DNA from: an uncultured Clostridia bacterium
Lineage (GTDB): Bacteria; Bacillota; Clostridia; Christensenellales; UBA1242
Assembly (NCBI GenBank): GCA_944381175.1
Contig: CALWKD010000017.1
Location: 25,952-89,951, forward strand
Length of the DNA stretch: 64,000 nt
Direction: 5' to 3'
A program made the translations under genes and the position numbers. The notes under the pieces are model-generated. The model saw only the letters and a list, made by a program, of their open reading frames with translations. It searched no databases and was not told the DNA's origin. Positions 54,870-62,956 of this stretch are shown piece after piece. Numbering within the stretch: the stretch's first letter is position 1; every line of letters begins with the position of its first letter.

Positions 54870-57107
54870 TTATTCAAACATTGTCTTGAGTTTCTCGTTC
54901 GCCGAAATGAGCAGTTTTTTCAAAAGTGTAAACCTTGTCGCCGTGTATTTGTTTGACACCATTCTGTGAAGATATTGCTTTTCGCCGACAATAACCACCA
55001 TTTTCTTTGCACGAGTGACTGCTGTGTAGATAAGGTTTCTGGTGAGAATTATGCTTGGTCCAGCAATCGCTGGAATTATCACAACATCAAACTCAGATCC
55101 CTGACTTTTGTGAATTGTGATTGCATATGAAAGAGACAAATCAATGAGGTCAGGCCTTGTGTAAAGACAAATTCTTCCGTCCTCAAACTCCACAATCACT
55201 TCGCTTGTTTGAGGGTCAACCGTTTGAATAATGCCAATGTCACCATTGAACACCCCCTGCCCAGTCTCATCTGCAAAACGTCCGTGCCTTTTCCATTCAA
55301 GGTCATAGTTGTTGCTCATCTGCATAACCTTATCTCCCTCGCGGAAAATAGTCCTGCCAAACTCGACTTGTCTTTTGGTCGAAGCATAAGGGTTTATTTT
55401 CTCCTGCAAAACCTTGTTCAAATTTTCAATTCCGCACACGCCCGCCTTGAGCGGAGCAAGCACTTGAATTTGTTGGGCATCAATCTTCAAAAATTTCGGA
55501 AGCCTCGTTGTCACCAAATCGACAATGGTGTTTTTGATAATCTCTGGGTCATTTTTGCTCTCAAAAAAGAAATCGAGACTTGAATTGTCAATAAGAGGCA
55601 TTTTGCCTTCGTTTATGAGGTGGGCGTTTGTGATAATCAAACTCTTCTCTTCCTGCCTGTAAATCTTGGTGAGCATACAATATTTTATCACACCACTTTG
55701 CAATATGTCCGCCAAGACATTTCCAGCCCCAACACTTGGCAACTGGTCCTTGTCTCCCACCAAAATCAACTTGCAATCTCGAGGCAAAGCCTTCAACAGC
55801 GAACACATAAGTGCAGCATCAACCATTGAGACCTCATCGACAATGACAACATCAGTTTTGAGCGGATTGCTTTCATTGTGCACAAAGAAACTCTGGTCGG
55901 ACTGGATTGCGTTAACTTCCAAAAGCCTGTGAATCGTCTTGGCTTCCTTGCCCGTGCTGTCACTCATTCTCTTCGCTGCACGCCCTGTCGGTGCTGCAAG
56001 AGAGACTGTCTTTTGTTGATTTGACAAAATCTCCAAAATGCACTTGATAATCGTGGTTTTTCCAGTTCCTGGTCCACCCGTGATGACAAAGACCCCATTG
56101 TTTATCGCCCCGACAACAGCATTTTTTTGTTCGTCGTGGAATTTTATGTCATTTCTCTGCTCGAAACTCTCAATTTCCTCAGAGACATCAAAATTTTCCT
56201 CTTTTTGACAATTTGCAAGCCAAACAAGTTTTTGTGCAATGGAATTTTCATAATAATAGTATTTGGAGAGCATAACAATCTCAACATTGTCCAGCCAAAT
56301 CACCACCGCTGTTCTGTCAAGAGTGAGGCTGTCAAACGCCTGCTTAAACTTCTCCTCGTTCTCCTCAAAAGGCAGTTCCAAAGCCTTTGACGACTCTTCC
56401 ATAAGCATTTTTTTCGGCAAATAAGTGTTTCCATTTTTCTCACAAGAGGTTTTCAAAATGTGAATCAGCCCCGCCCTTATCCTAAACAAACTATCCTTCG
56501 GCAGTCCTGCATTTTGAGCAATTCTGTCCGCCGTCAAAAAGCCAATGCCGTCGACATCTTCAACAAGTTTATACGGGTTGTTTTTGACAATATCCGTCGT
56601 CTTTTCCTTGTAAACATTGTAGATTTTGAGTGCCATATTTGTGGTGATGTTGAAATTTTGAAGAAACATTATGGTGTTTTGCACATCTCTGTGCTCTTTG
56701 AAAGAAAAACCAATCTCCGTCGCCTTTTTCTCGCTTATTCCTTGAATTTGAGAAAGTTTGTGTGGAGCATATTCCAAAACATCAAGCGTCTCCTCTCCAA
56801 ACCGCTCAACAATCTTCTTCGCGGTCACTGGGCCAACACCTCTTATAAGTCCGCTTCCCAAATATTTCTCAATCCCCTCAAGAGACTTCGGCATTGACAT
56901 TTCGTAAGTGTCGAAAACATACTGCACGCCATATTTGGTCTTTTCAAATTTTCCATTCAGAGTCACCATTGCCCCGACTTGAATATCAATAAACTTTCCC
57001 ACAACTGTCACAAAATTGTCATCATTTTCCAATCTTGCCACCGTGTAGCCGTTCTCATCATTCCTATAAACAATATCCTCAATCGTCCCTGTTAAAGCCA
57101 TAGTCAT
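54870..57107 (-). CDS. recD2: SF1B helicase RecD2 (RecD/TraA family)
   Basis: 745 aa. It has an N-terminal OB-like MALTGTIEDIVYRNDENGYTVARLE, HhH regions, Walker A GGPGTGKTT, and a C-terminal SH3/2B domain. The start is the ATG at 57107 or the ATG at 57101. Confidence 0.9.
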   Translation of the reverse strand: MTMALTGTIEDIVYRNDENGYTVARLENDDNFVTVVGKFIDIQVGAMVTLNGKFEKTKYGVQYVFDTYEMSMPKSLEGIEKYLGSGLIRGVGPVTAKKIVERFGEETLDVLEYAPHKLSQIQGISEKKATEIGFSFKEHRDVQNTIMFLQNFNITTNMALKIYNVYKEKTTDIVKNNPYKLVEDVDGIGFLTADRIAQNAGLPKDSLFRIRAGLIHILKTSCEKNGNTYLPKKMLMEESSKALELPFEENEEKFKQAFDSLTLDRTAVVIWLDNVEIVMLSKYYYYENSIAQKLVWLANCQKEENFDVSEEIESFEQRNDIKFHDEQKNAVVGAINNGVFVITGGPGTGKTTIIKCILEILSNQQKTVSLAAPTGRAAKRMSDSTGKEAKTIHRLLEVNAIQSDQSFFVHNESNPLKTDVVIVDEVSMVDAALMCSLLKALPRDCKLILVGDKDQLPSVGAGNVLADILQSGVIKYCMLTKIYRQEEKSLIITNAHLINEGKMPLIDNSSLDFFFESKNDPEIIKNTIVDLVTTRLPKFLKIDAQQIQVLAPLKAGVCGIENLNKVLQEKINPYASTKRQVEFGRTIFREGDKVMQMSNNYDLEWKRHGRFADETGQGVFNGDIGIIQTVDPQTSEVIVEFEDGRICLYTRPDLIDLSLSYAITIHKSQGSEFDVVIIPAIAGPSIILTRNLIYTAVTRAKKMVVIVGEKQYLHRMVSNKYTATRFTLLKKLLISANEKLKTMFE

Positions 57108-57136
57108 ATTTTAATAACTTTTTGTTTAAAAGGCAA
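57108..57136 (-). promoter_or_regulatory. sigma-A-type promoter abutting the recD2 start
   Basis: On the minus strand: TTGCCT (57136..57131), 17-nt spacer, TAAAAT (57113..57108). It is directly followed by ATGACTATG. The second ATG (57101) lies 6 nt after the -10. Confidence 0.4.
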
Positions 57137-57145
57137 GCATTTTAG

Positions 57146-57174
57146 TTGCAAAAATCAATTCCATTGTCTATAAT
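57146..57174 (+). promoter_or_regulatory. sigma-A-type promoter abutting the marR-family gene start
   Basis: TTGCAA (57146-57151), 17-nt spacer, TATAAT (57169-57174). Then 7 nt to the ATG at 57182. No SD. Confidence 0.5.
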
Positions 57175-57181
57175 TATAAAT

Positions 57182-57565
57182 ATGAAAAATATTGAAAGAC
57201 TGCTTGAAATTGAAGCACTTGCGGAAAACTTAACAAAACACATCGCAAACAACAATTTGTTAAAAATCAAAGTGTTGTATTTCATTTCCCAATATGAAAA
57301 CCTTTCTGTAGGGATGATTATCGACAAACTGGGCTTAAAAAAATCGAATTTTGCACTTATGGCAAAAGAATTGGAGTCTCAAGGGCTGGTTCTTTCAAGA
57401 CAAGGCGAAATTGACAAGCGTTGCAAAATGATGTATCTCACAGAAAAAGGGAAAGCAGAACTCAAAGAATTTATGGACACCTTGGACAGTTATTTTGAAG
57501 AAAAAAATCCTGAAATTGAACACTGTTTGGAGACTCTTTCCATATATCTTAACAAAAAGATTTAA
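57182..57565 (+). CDS. MarR-family transcriptional regulator
   Basis: 127 aa from the ATG at 57182. It has a wHTH region (LSVGMIIDKLGLKKSNFALMAKELESQGLVLSRQGEIDKRCKMMYLTEKG). Confidence 0.75.
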   Translation: MKNIERLLEIEALAENLTKHIANNNLLKIKVLYFISQYENLSVGMIIDKLGLKKSNFALMAKELESQGLVLSRQGEIDKRCKMMYLTEKGKAELKEFMDTLDSYFEEKNPEIEHCLETLSIYLNKKI

Positions 57566-57584
57566 AAAAATCGGAGGCTTTTAT

Positions 57585-58976
57585 ATGAAGTTGTATAACT
57601 CCTTGACAAGAACAAAGGAGGAATTTGTTCCACTTGATGGAAAAAATGTCAAAATGTATGCCTGTGGTATAACTCCGTCCGCAGAGGCACACATCGGACA
57701 TCTTTATCAAGCACTTATATATGATATAATGAGAAAATTCCTTGAAAAAGAGGGATTTTCAGTTGTTTATGCAAGAAATTACACCGATGTCGATGACAAG
57801 ATAATCGCAAAGTCAAACGAACTCAACATCCCAGCACAAGAATATGCGGAAAAGATGATTGAGAATATCGACAACGAAATGCATATATTTCAGATTGATG
57901 AACCTAATGTTTGGCTTTATGCAACAAAAAACATCGACAATATGATTGATTTCATTGAGAAACTCATCGAAAAAGGGCACGCCTATCCGACTTCAAAGGG
58001 CGATGTGTATTTTTCTGTTGAGACATTTCCAAGTTATGGCAAACTCTCTGGAAGAAAAACCGATGACGCTCTCGACGGAGTCCGCGTGGAAAACGACGAA
58101 GAGAAAAAAGCACCTCTTGATTTCGCTCTTTGGAAATCTGCAAAAGAGGGAGAACCATTTTGGAATTCACCTTGGGGAAAAGGCAGACCAGGCTGGCATA
58201 TTGAATGTTCGGTTATGAACTATGTGACTTTTGGCGACCAAATCGATATCCACGGCGGCGGAAGAGACCTTCTTTTTCCTCACCACGAAAATGAAATCGC
58301 ACAGACTGAGAGTTTGACGGAAAAGCCTTTTGCAAAATATTGGGTTCACAACGGACTTATAAGAGTGAATGGTCAAAAGATGAGCAAGAGTCTTGGAAAT
58401 TCTCTTCTTATGAGCGACCTGAGGAAGCAATTCCACATTGAATCTGTCAAATTTGCACTCTTGCAAAACTCCTACCACACCGACATAAACATCACCGACA
58501 CCCTGTTTTCTGATGCAGAAAAACATCTTTTTGGGTTTTATCAAATTCTCCAAGAAGCAACACAAAAATTTGGAAAACTTGAAGGAAAAGAGGTTTCTGT
58601 TGAGGAAAATTTCGACAACGCAATGCGAGATGACTTAAACACTGCAAAGGCAATCTCCTACCTGTTTGGCATTTTCAAAACTGCAAAAGAAAAAATCTCC
58701 GAGGGTGATAAGAGCGTGCTTGCACTGCTGAACTCTGTCGTAAACACCTATCGTCTGCTCGGACTTTTCAAGGCAAATCCAGATGATTTTGTCTCTTATG
58801 TGAAAGAGAAATCACAAGTTGAAATTCCACCAGAAGTACAAAAAAAAGCGGAAGAAAGGTGGCTTGCAAAAAAGAACAAAGATTTTGCACTCGCTGACAA
58901 ACTCAGAGATGAGATTTCAGAACTAGGCTTTGTCGTCAAAGACACAAAAGAGGGCTTCCAAATTCTGAAAAAATAA
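57585..58976 (+). CDS. cysS: cysteine--tRNA ligase
   Basis: The ATG at 57585 follows GGAGG (57573-57577). Contains HIGH (AHIGH) and KMSKS motifs and the CysRS pattern MKLYNSLTRTKEEF. The track ORF extension overlapping marR is rejected. Confidence 0.95.
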   Translation: MKLYNSLTRTKEEFVPLDGKNVKMYACGITPSAEAHIGHLYQALIYDIMRKFLEKEGFSVVYARNYTDVDDKIIAKSNELNIPAQEYAEKMIENIDNEMHIFQIDEPNVWLYATKNIDNMIDFIEKLIEKGHAYPTSKGDVYFSVETFPSYGKLSGRKTDDALDGVRVENDEEKKAPLDFALWKSAKEGEPFWNSPWGKGRPGWHIECSVMNYVTFGDQIDIHGGGRDLLFPHHENEIAQTESLTEKPFAKYWVHNGLIRVNGQKMSKSLGNSLLMSDLRKQFHIESVKFALLQNSYHTDINITDTLFSDAEKHLFGFYQILQEATQKFGKLEGKEVSVEENFDNAMRDDLNTAKAISYLFGIFKTAKEKISEGDKSVLALLNSVVNTYRLLGLFKANPDDFVSYVKEKSQVEIPPEVQKKAEERWLAKKNKDFALADKLRDEISELGFVVKDTKEGFQILKK

Positions 58977-59082
58977 TTTTTTGATGTTTTTAATAAGAAA
59001 AATATGCAAAATTAACACTTTTTGCTTAAAAATATTAAAAAATTTGCCACAATTCAAACTTTTATTTTAATCAAAATTATAT

Positions 59083-59113
59083 AAAAAAGCGGACTAACTT
59101 TCGTCCGTTTTTT
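59083..59113. terminator. bidirectional rho-independent terminator overlapping the comFC stop
   Basis: A6, then GCGGAC, 8-nt loop, GTCCGT, then T5. It reads as a hairpin plus T-run on both strands. Confidence 0.6.
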
Positions 59114-59864
59114 CTTTGTATCTGTTTCTTGCAATCGCACAGGCATAAACCTCTTTGACCTTGTTTGCACAAAGCCCAGCACAATAATTCACTGTTGCAC
59201 CAGTTGTGATGACATCGTCAACAATCAAAACTGTGTCCGTTTTCTTAAGTTTCTCGCCAGAAAGAGAATACATCCCCTTCATATTCTGCTGTCTTTCTTT
59301 ATAATTTGAAAACTTCTGAGTCTTTGCATCTTTGTTTTTGACAAACAGTCTCTTGACAGGAATCTTGAGACATTTTCCAAGTTCCTCTGCCAAAAGTTCC
59401 GCTTGGTCGAATCCTCTCTTTCGCCTTTTCTTGTCCGTGAGCGGAACATAAGTGATGATGTCAAACTTAATTTCGCTTTCAGAGACCTCTTTTGCAATAA
59501 ACTTTGTAAAGACGCTCGCAAGATATCTCTTGTTTGAATCTTTGTATCCAAGAATTGCGGACCTCACCTTCCCTGAATAAACAAAAGGGCAAAATGCTTT
59601 CTTGAAATAACGTTTTTCTTTTTGACAAAAGTCACAAATCATTGCCTCATTTTCTATCGGAGCACTGCAAATCAAGCATTTGTTCCCGTTGTTAAACTCA
59701 ACCTCTTTCTCACAACTCTCACAAAAAGGTTTGTTTTCATAATCTGGAATATCATTGTCACAAAATATACAACGGAAATTGATCGGGAAAAGGGTTTCGT
59801 CCAATAAAAGCCCAAACTTTTTGAAGAACATTTTCACTTTATCTTTAAATCTTCCACTTTTCAT
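59094..59864 (-). CDS. comFC: ComF-family protein (ComFC-like phosphoribosyltransferase)
   Basis: It has N-terminal paired CxxC motifs (four pairs) and the C-terminal PRT motif VLIVDDVITTGATV. Confidence 0.8.
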   Translation of the reverse strand: MKSGRFKDKVKMFFKKFGLLLDETLFPINFRCIFCDNDIPDYENKPFCESCEKEVEFNNGNKCLICSAPIENEAMICDFCQKEKRYFKKAFCPFVYSGKVRSAILGYKDSNKRYLASVFTKFIAKEVSESEIKFDIITYVPLTDKKRRKRGFDQAELLAEELGKCLKIPVKRLFVKNKDAKTQKFSNYKERQQNMKGMYSLSGEKLKKTDTVLIVDDVITTGATVNYCAGLCANKVKEVYACAIARNRYKEKTDES

Positions 59865-59871
59865 CAGTGTA

Positions 59872-59901
59872 AGATTACCACCAAAAGAGCATTTAAGTCA
59901 A
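59872..59901 (-). promoter_or_regulatory. promoter abutting the comFC start
   Basis: On the minus strand: TTGACT (59901..59896), 18-nt spacer, TGgTAATCT (hexamer 59877..59872). Then 7 nt to the ATG at 59864. No SD. Confidence 0.4.
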
Positions 59902-59941
59902 ATTTTGTCTAAAAATAAAAGAAATATTTTCAAAAAAACAC

Positions 59942-59971
59942 TTGACTTTCGGCTTAAACTTATATTATACT
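59942..59971 (+). promoter_or_regulatory. sigma-A-type promoter of tRNA-Glu
   Basis: TTGACT (59942-59947), 18-nt spacer, TATACT (59966-59971). It lies about 43 nt upstream of the mature tRNA 5' end. Confidence 0.45.
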
Positions 59972-60014
59972 CAATGAGTAACAGTTCAAACGCCTTTAAG
60001 CGTTGGATAAATGT

Positions 60015-60089
60015 GGCCCCGTGGTCAAGTGGTTAAGACACCGCCCTTTCACGGCGGTATCATGGGTTCGAGTCCCGTCGGGGTCACCA
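60015..60089 (+). tRNA. tRNA-Glu (anticodon UUC), CCA encoded
   Basis: Acceptor stem GGCCCCG / CGGGGTC. Anticodon arm CCGCC-CTTTCAC-GGCGG. T-arm ATGGG-TTCGAGT-CCCGT. Discriminator A plus CCA. It is near-identical in pattern to the Bacillus tRNA-Glu that I recall. Confidence 0.9.
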
Positions 60090-60094
60090 AAACG

Positions 60095-60122
60095 AAGAGA
60101 GTTGATAAAACTCTTTTTTTTG
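60095..60122 (+). terminator. rho-independent terminator after tRNA-Glu
   Basis: Stem AGAGTT (60098-60103) / AACTCT (60109-60114), followed by T8. Confidence 0.55.
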
Positions 60123-60140
60123 TATATTTTTGCTTCTTAA

Positions 60141-60262
60141 GGGACTCGAACGGGCAGTGAGCGGGTCCAGTGGACCAAAAAAAGCGAACTGCCCTGGCGT
60201 GATAGTCTCGACATAATTTGTTTAAATTTCCGTTTTGTTTATGTCGAGACGGAGCGAGTCCC
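60141..60262 (+). other. foldable three-way-junction element between the tRNA-Glu gene and a duplicate of its 3' end
   Basis: The closing helix is GGGACTC (60141-60147) / GAGTCCC (60256-60262). Arm 1 is GGGCAGT (60152-60158) / ACTGCCC (60188-60194), with an inner GGTCC / GGACC hairpin. Arm 2 is a perfect 12-bp stem, GTCTCGACATAA (60205-60216) / TTATGTCGAGAC (60239-60250). Confidence 0.4.
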
Positions 60263-60278
60263 GTCGGGGTCACCAAAA
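60255..60278 (+). repeat. perfect 24-nt direct repeat of the tRNA-Glu 3' end (att-like)
   Basis: CGAGTCCCGTCGGGGTCACCAAAA at 60255-60278 is identical to 60069-60092, which covers the T-loop through CCA plus 3 flanking nt. Confidence 0.8.
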
Positions 60279-60512
60279 AATAAAAAAACTGCGCTCTTGG
60301 CTCGTTTTTAAACAAGTTTAAAAAGCATCGCTTTTTGCTTGTTTTTTTATTCACGACCAAGCGAAAATCTCGCTAACGCTGCGATTTTGTCGTGACTTAC
60401 ATATTGAATTTTTAGATAATGAGGTCTTTAAAAGAGAAGATTTGGAATATATGTAAAATTTACTATTCTTATTTCTTATAATTTAATCAAAATAGAAGAA
60501 GGAGAAGTTTTT

Positions 60513-60836
60513 ATGTATTGCTAAAATTGTGGAAGTGAAATCCCTGAAAATTCATCTTTTTGTCCAAAATGTGGCAAGGAAACTGGCGAAAATCAAGTTG
60601 AGAGGCAAAACACAAACGGCAAAGTGACCGCCGCAAAAGTGTTTATTATATTGGGGAGCATTTTTGGTGCAATTTTGCTGTTCATCCCAACAATCATTGG
60701 AATTATTGCCTACAAAAGACTTGGGACTGCAAAGACCAGAGATGATTTGGTCGCAATTTCCGTCGTAACTCTATTGTTTTGCAGTTTGATTGGCGGAATA
60801 ATTATGTTGACAATAAGTGACGAAGATTTGGTGTAA
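60513..60836 (+). pseudogene. zinc-ribbon plus two-TM membrane protein gene interrupted by an in-frame TAA at codon 4
   Basis: There is a strong RBS (GAAGGAGAAG) 5 nt before the ATG at 60513. The reading is M-Y-C-TAA-N-C-G-S-E-I-P-E-N-S-S-F-C-P-K-C-G. It continues in the same frame into the track ORF 60624-60836. The CxxC-N14-CxxC zinc ribbon needs the stop position to be a sense codon. Confidence 0.6.
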
Positions 60837-60842
60837 AAATTT

Positions 60843-61676
60843 TCACAATTTATCCAATTCTTCCAAACAGAACTCCAAAGCCTCAAAAAGGTTTTTGGAG
60901 TTTTTTTCTATTTCGCCAAGATGTTCCTCTCCAATCGGATGAGAAAGTGAGTTTTTCCCAAACTCAATCGTAAACGACGGAATATCAAGTTTATCCACCG
61001 CCCAATCTTTGTATCCCCCGCAAGAAGAGAAACTCCTCAAAAGTGGAAAACCAAGTGCATCCGAGATTTTCCTTCCCAAAATTTCATCTCGTCTAAGAGA
61101 TTTCTCACTTTGCGTGTCAAAACCAAAATAAACAACTTCACCCTTTGTGTGATAAGACAAAGTGAGGGCAGGACGAATTTCTTTTGTGAAGTTAACCAAA
61201 TTTCTCGTCTCCACCTCGCTTTCAGGGCTTTCTCCGATGTAATTTTCAAAATTTGGAGTTTTGATATTTGAAGCACCCTGCCCCCAAAGGGCATCGAAAT
61301 TTGTGTTTAAATCTACCAAATTTGCGTTTGCTTTGAAGAGTTTGTGCTCAAAACCCCTCTCTACGCAAAAAACTCTCTCTTTTTCTTTCAATGTTGAAAA
61401 CCCGTCAAGCACAACACTTACTCCATCTGGATTTGAACAAAAAACAAAATAGACCCCAAAGGGCAAATCTGTCCCTTGAAGCCTTTCTGCCTGCACAAGA
61501 GCCAGCAGTGATGTGATGTATTCTCTTGCGTGGATGCCTGCTTGAATGAGAACTTGCTTTCCCTCACTCTTTCCAATGTGGCACGCCAAAATCTCCTGCC
61601 CCAACGCAGATTTTCCAATCGAAAATGTCTGCAAATTGCTGGTTTTAATTCTTTTCTCAAACTCATCAAATTTCAT
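60843..61676 (-). CDS. M14-family zinc carboxypeptidase (gamma-D-glutamyl-diamino-acid peptidase-like)
   Basis: Contains the HxxE zinc motif (IQAGIHAREYITS), a downstream His in LSYHTKGEV, and a size of 277 aa, as in cytoplasmic/spore-cortex-type M14 enzymes. Confidence 0.75.
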   Translation of the reverse strand: MKFDEFEKRIKTSNLQTFSIGKSALGQEILACHIGKSEGKQVLIQAGIHAREYITSLLALVQAERLQGTDLPFGVYFVFCSNPDGVSVVLDGFSTLKEKERVFCVERGFEHKLFKANANLVDLNTNFDALWGQGASNIKTPNFENYIGESPESEVETRNLVNFTKEIRPALTLSYHTKGEVVYFGFDTQSEKSLRRDEILGRKISDALGFPLLRSFSSCGGYKDWAVDKLDIPSFTIEFGKNSLSHPIGEEHLGEIEKNSKNLFEALEFCLEELDKL

Positions 61677-61718
61677 ATCTTTGCATATTCAAAAAAGAAA
61701 ATAAAAGTTAATATTTCT

Positions 61719-61747
61719 TTGCAAAGCTTTTGTTAATATGTTAAAAT
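61719..61747 (+). promoter_or_regulatory. sigma-A-type promoter abutting the ATG at 61754
   Basis: TTGCAA (61719-61724), 17-nt spacer, TAAAAT (61742-61747). Then 6 nt to the ATG. No SD. Confidence 0.5.
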
Positions 61748-61753
61748 TGCGAT

Positions 61754-62956
61754 ATGGAAACCAAAATTCAATACAAAAACAATTTCAGAAGAAACTTCAG
61801 AAACGCGCTTATCCTTTCTGTGCTTTTTCTTGTGCTTTTTGCAATCGGGCTTGGAATCTTTGCAAATCAATATACCTATTCGGAAAAAGATGTCTCGACT
61901 GTGACTGGCACACTTGAGGATGTCACATATGAAGATAATTGTTGCGACCTCAAAATCGGTGAAAACACTTATCGAATAACCGCAAAGATGCTTGAGGACC
62001 TTGACACAGACACGATTGAGTCTCTGATCGGAGAAGAGATAACAATCTCCCACCTTGACAACGACCCATACTATTTCATTGTTGGCATTGAGTCGTCGCA
62101 AATAAATATTTCGGTTGAGGACGGACTGAAAACAATCAAAAATCTCGCTGGTCTTGTTTGCTTTGCGGTTTTGACGGCGATTGTCCTTGCCTGCACAATT
62201 TTCTTCCTTTACAAATTTGTCAAATCACCAGCCACTGTCGAATGTGACGCAACGCTCTTTGCACTCGTGAAAAAGGTGGAACAGACTCCGACAAACAAAA
62301 AACTTATGAGATTTACGATTTCATCTGCATTCTTAATCTTCGTCTTAGCGATTGTAACTGTAATTCTTGGAGAGTCAAACGACAACAGCGTCGCATTTTA
62401 TGTCTTCTTGGGACTCACTTGCTTCTTTGCTCTTGCTTTCTGCATTTGCACTCCATTTCTTCTGCGTTGGAACAGAAAACATTCAATCGCCTACACCTTG
62501 GATTATTACAAAGACATAGAACAAAAAGCCGAAGGAAACAACATTTTCTACAGTTTTCCAGGAAGTTATTGCAAGTTTGAAGCGGAAAAATTGACAGTTT
62601 ACTCTGACAATGACGACCTTTTTGAAAACATCTCAGCAAACAAATATCAAAAAGTGGTTGCTTACAAACAGATAAATTTTGTCGCAAAAGCACTGTTCAA
62701 AACAAACGGCACCATCTCAATCGTGGTCTGTGGAGAGACAAAAACTGGAACTCCTCTCATCTTTGATTTGGATGCTGATTTGTTCAAAATAATCAAAGAT
62801 TTCAAGATTGAAGTTTCTGGACTTGAGTTTTTGATTTCAAATTTGTCACTGCTTATGGAAAGATATAAAGGCAAATTGTATTTCGTTTCATTTGACAAAC
62901 AGGGGGTGTCCGAAGCAAGAAAAATTTCGTTTAAAGAGCAAATGAAATATCTATAA
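61754..62956 (+). CDS. hypothetical four-TM membrane protein
   Basis: 400 aa. It has TM helices near residues 20, 135, 190 and 215, and soluble N-proximal and C-terminal domains. No motif was recognised. Confidence 0.5.
   Translation: METKIQYKNNFRRNFRNALILSVLFLVLFAIGLGIFANQYTYSEKDVSTVTGTLEDVTYEDNCCDLKIGENTYRITAKMLEDLDTDTIESLIGEEITISHLDNDPYYFIVGIESSQINISVEDGLKTIKNLAGLVCFAVLTAIVLACTIFFLYKFVKSPATVECDATLFALVKKVEQTPTNKKLMRFTISSAFLIFVLAIVTVILGESNDNSVAFYVFLGLTCFFALAFCICTPFLLRWNRKHSIAYTLDYYKDIEQKAEGNNIFYSFPGSYCKFEAEKLTVYSDNDDLFENISANKYQKVVAYKQINFVAKALFKTNGTISIVVCGETKTGTPLIFDLDADLFKIIKDFKIEVSGLEFLISNLSLLMERYKGKLYFVSFDKQGVSEARKISFKEQMKYL

Noticed and set aside
57566-57584. A T-box riboswitch might be expected upstream of cysS.
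   Set aside because: Only 19 nt separate the marR-family stop from the cysS ATG, and they contain just the RBS. There is no room for a leader of about 200 nt.
60141-60278. The tRNA-like structured element could be a tmRNA (ssrA) or a second tRNA gene.
   Set aside because: There is no 5' strand able to pair with the GTCGGGGTC acceptor 3' strand. There is no tag-peptide reading frame or pseudoknot-like series, and no D or anticodon arm. At about 140 nt it is far too short for tmRNA.
60049-60360. A 103-aa minus-strand ORF spans the tRNA-Glu gene and the downstream repeat.
   Set aside because: It is a translation artefact across a tRNA gene. The repeated peptide LVTPTGL simply mirrors the duplicated tRNA 3' end.
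60522-60524. The in-frame TAA could be evidence of stop-codon reassignment.
   Set aside because: TAA terminates many well-supported genes in this window (uvrA, the giant gene, the ABC-like gene and others) at positions consistent with full-length homologues. TGA and TAG also act as stops.
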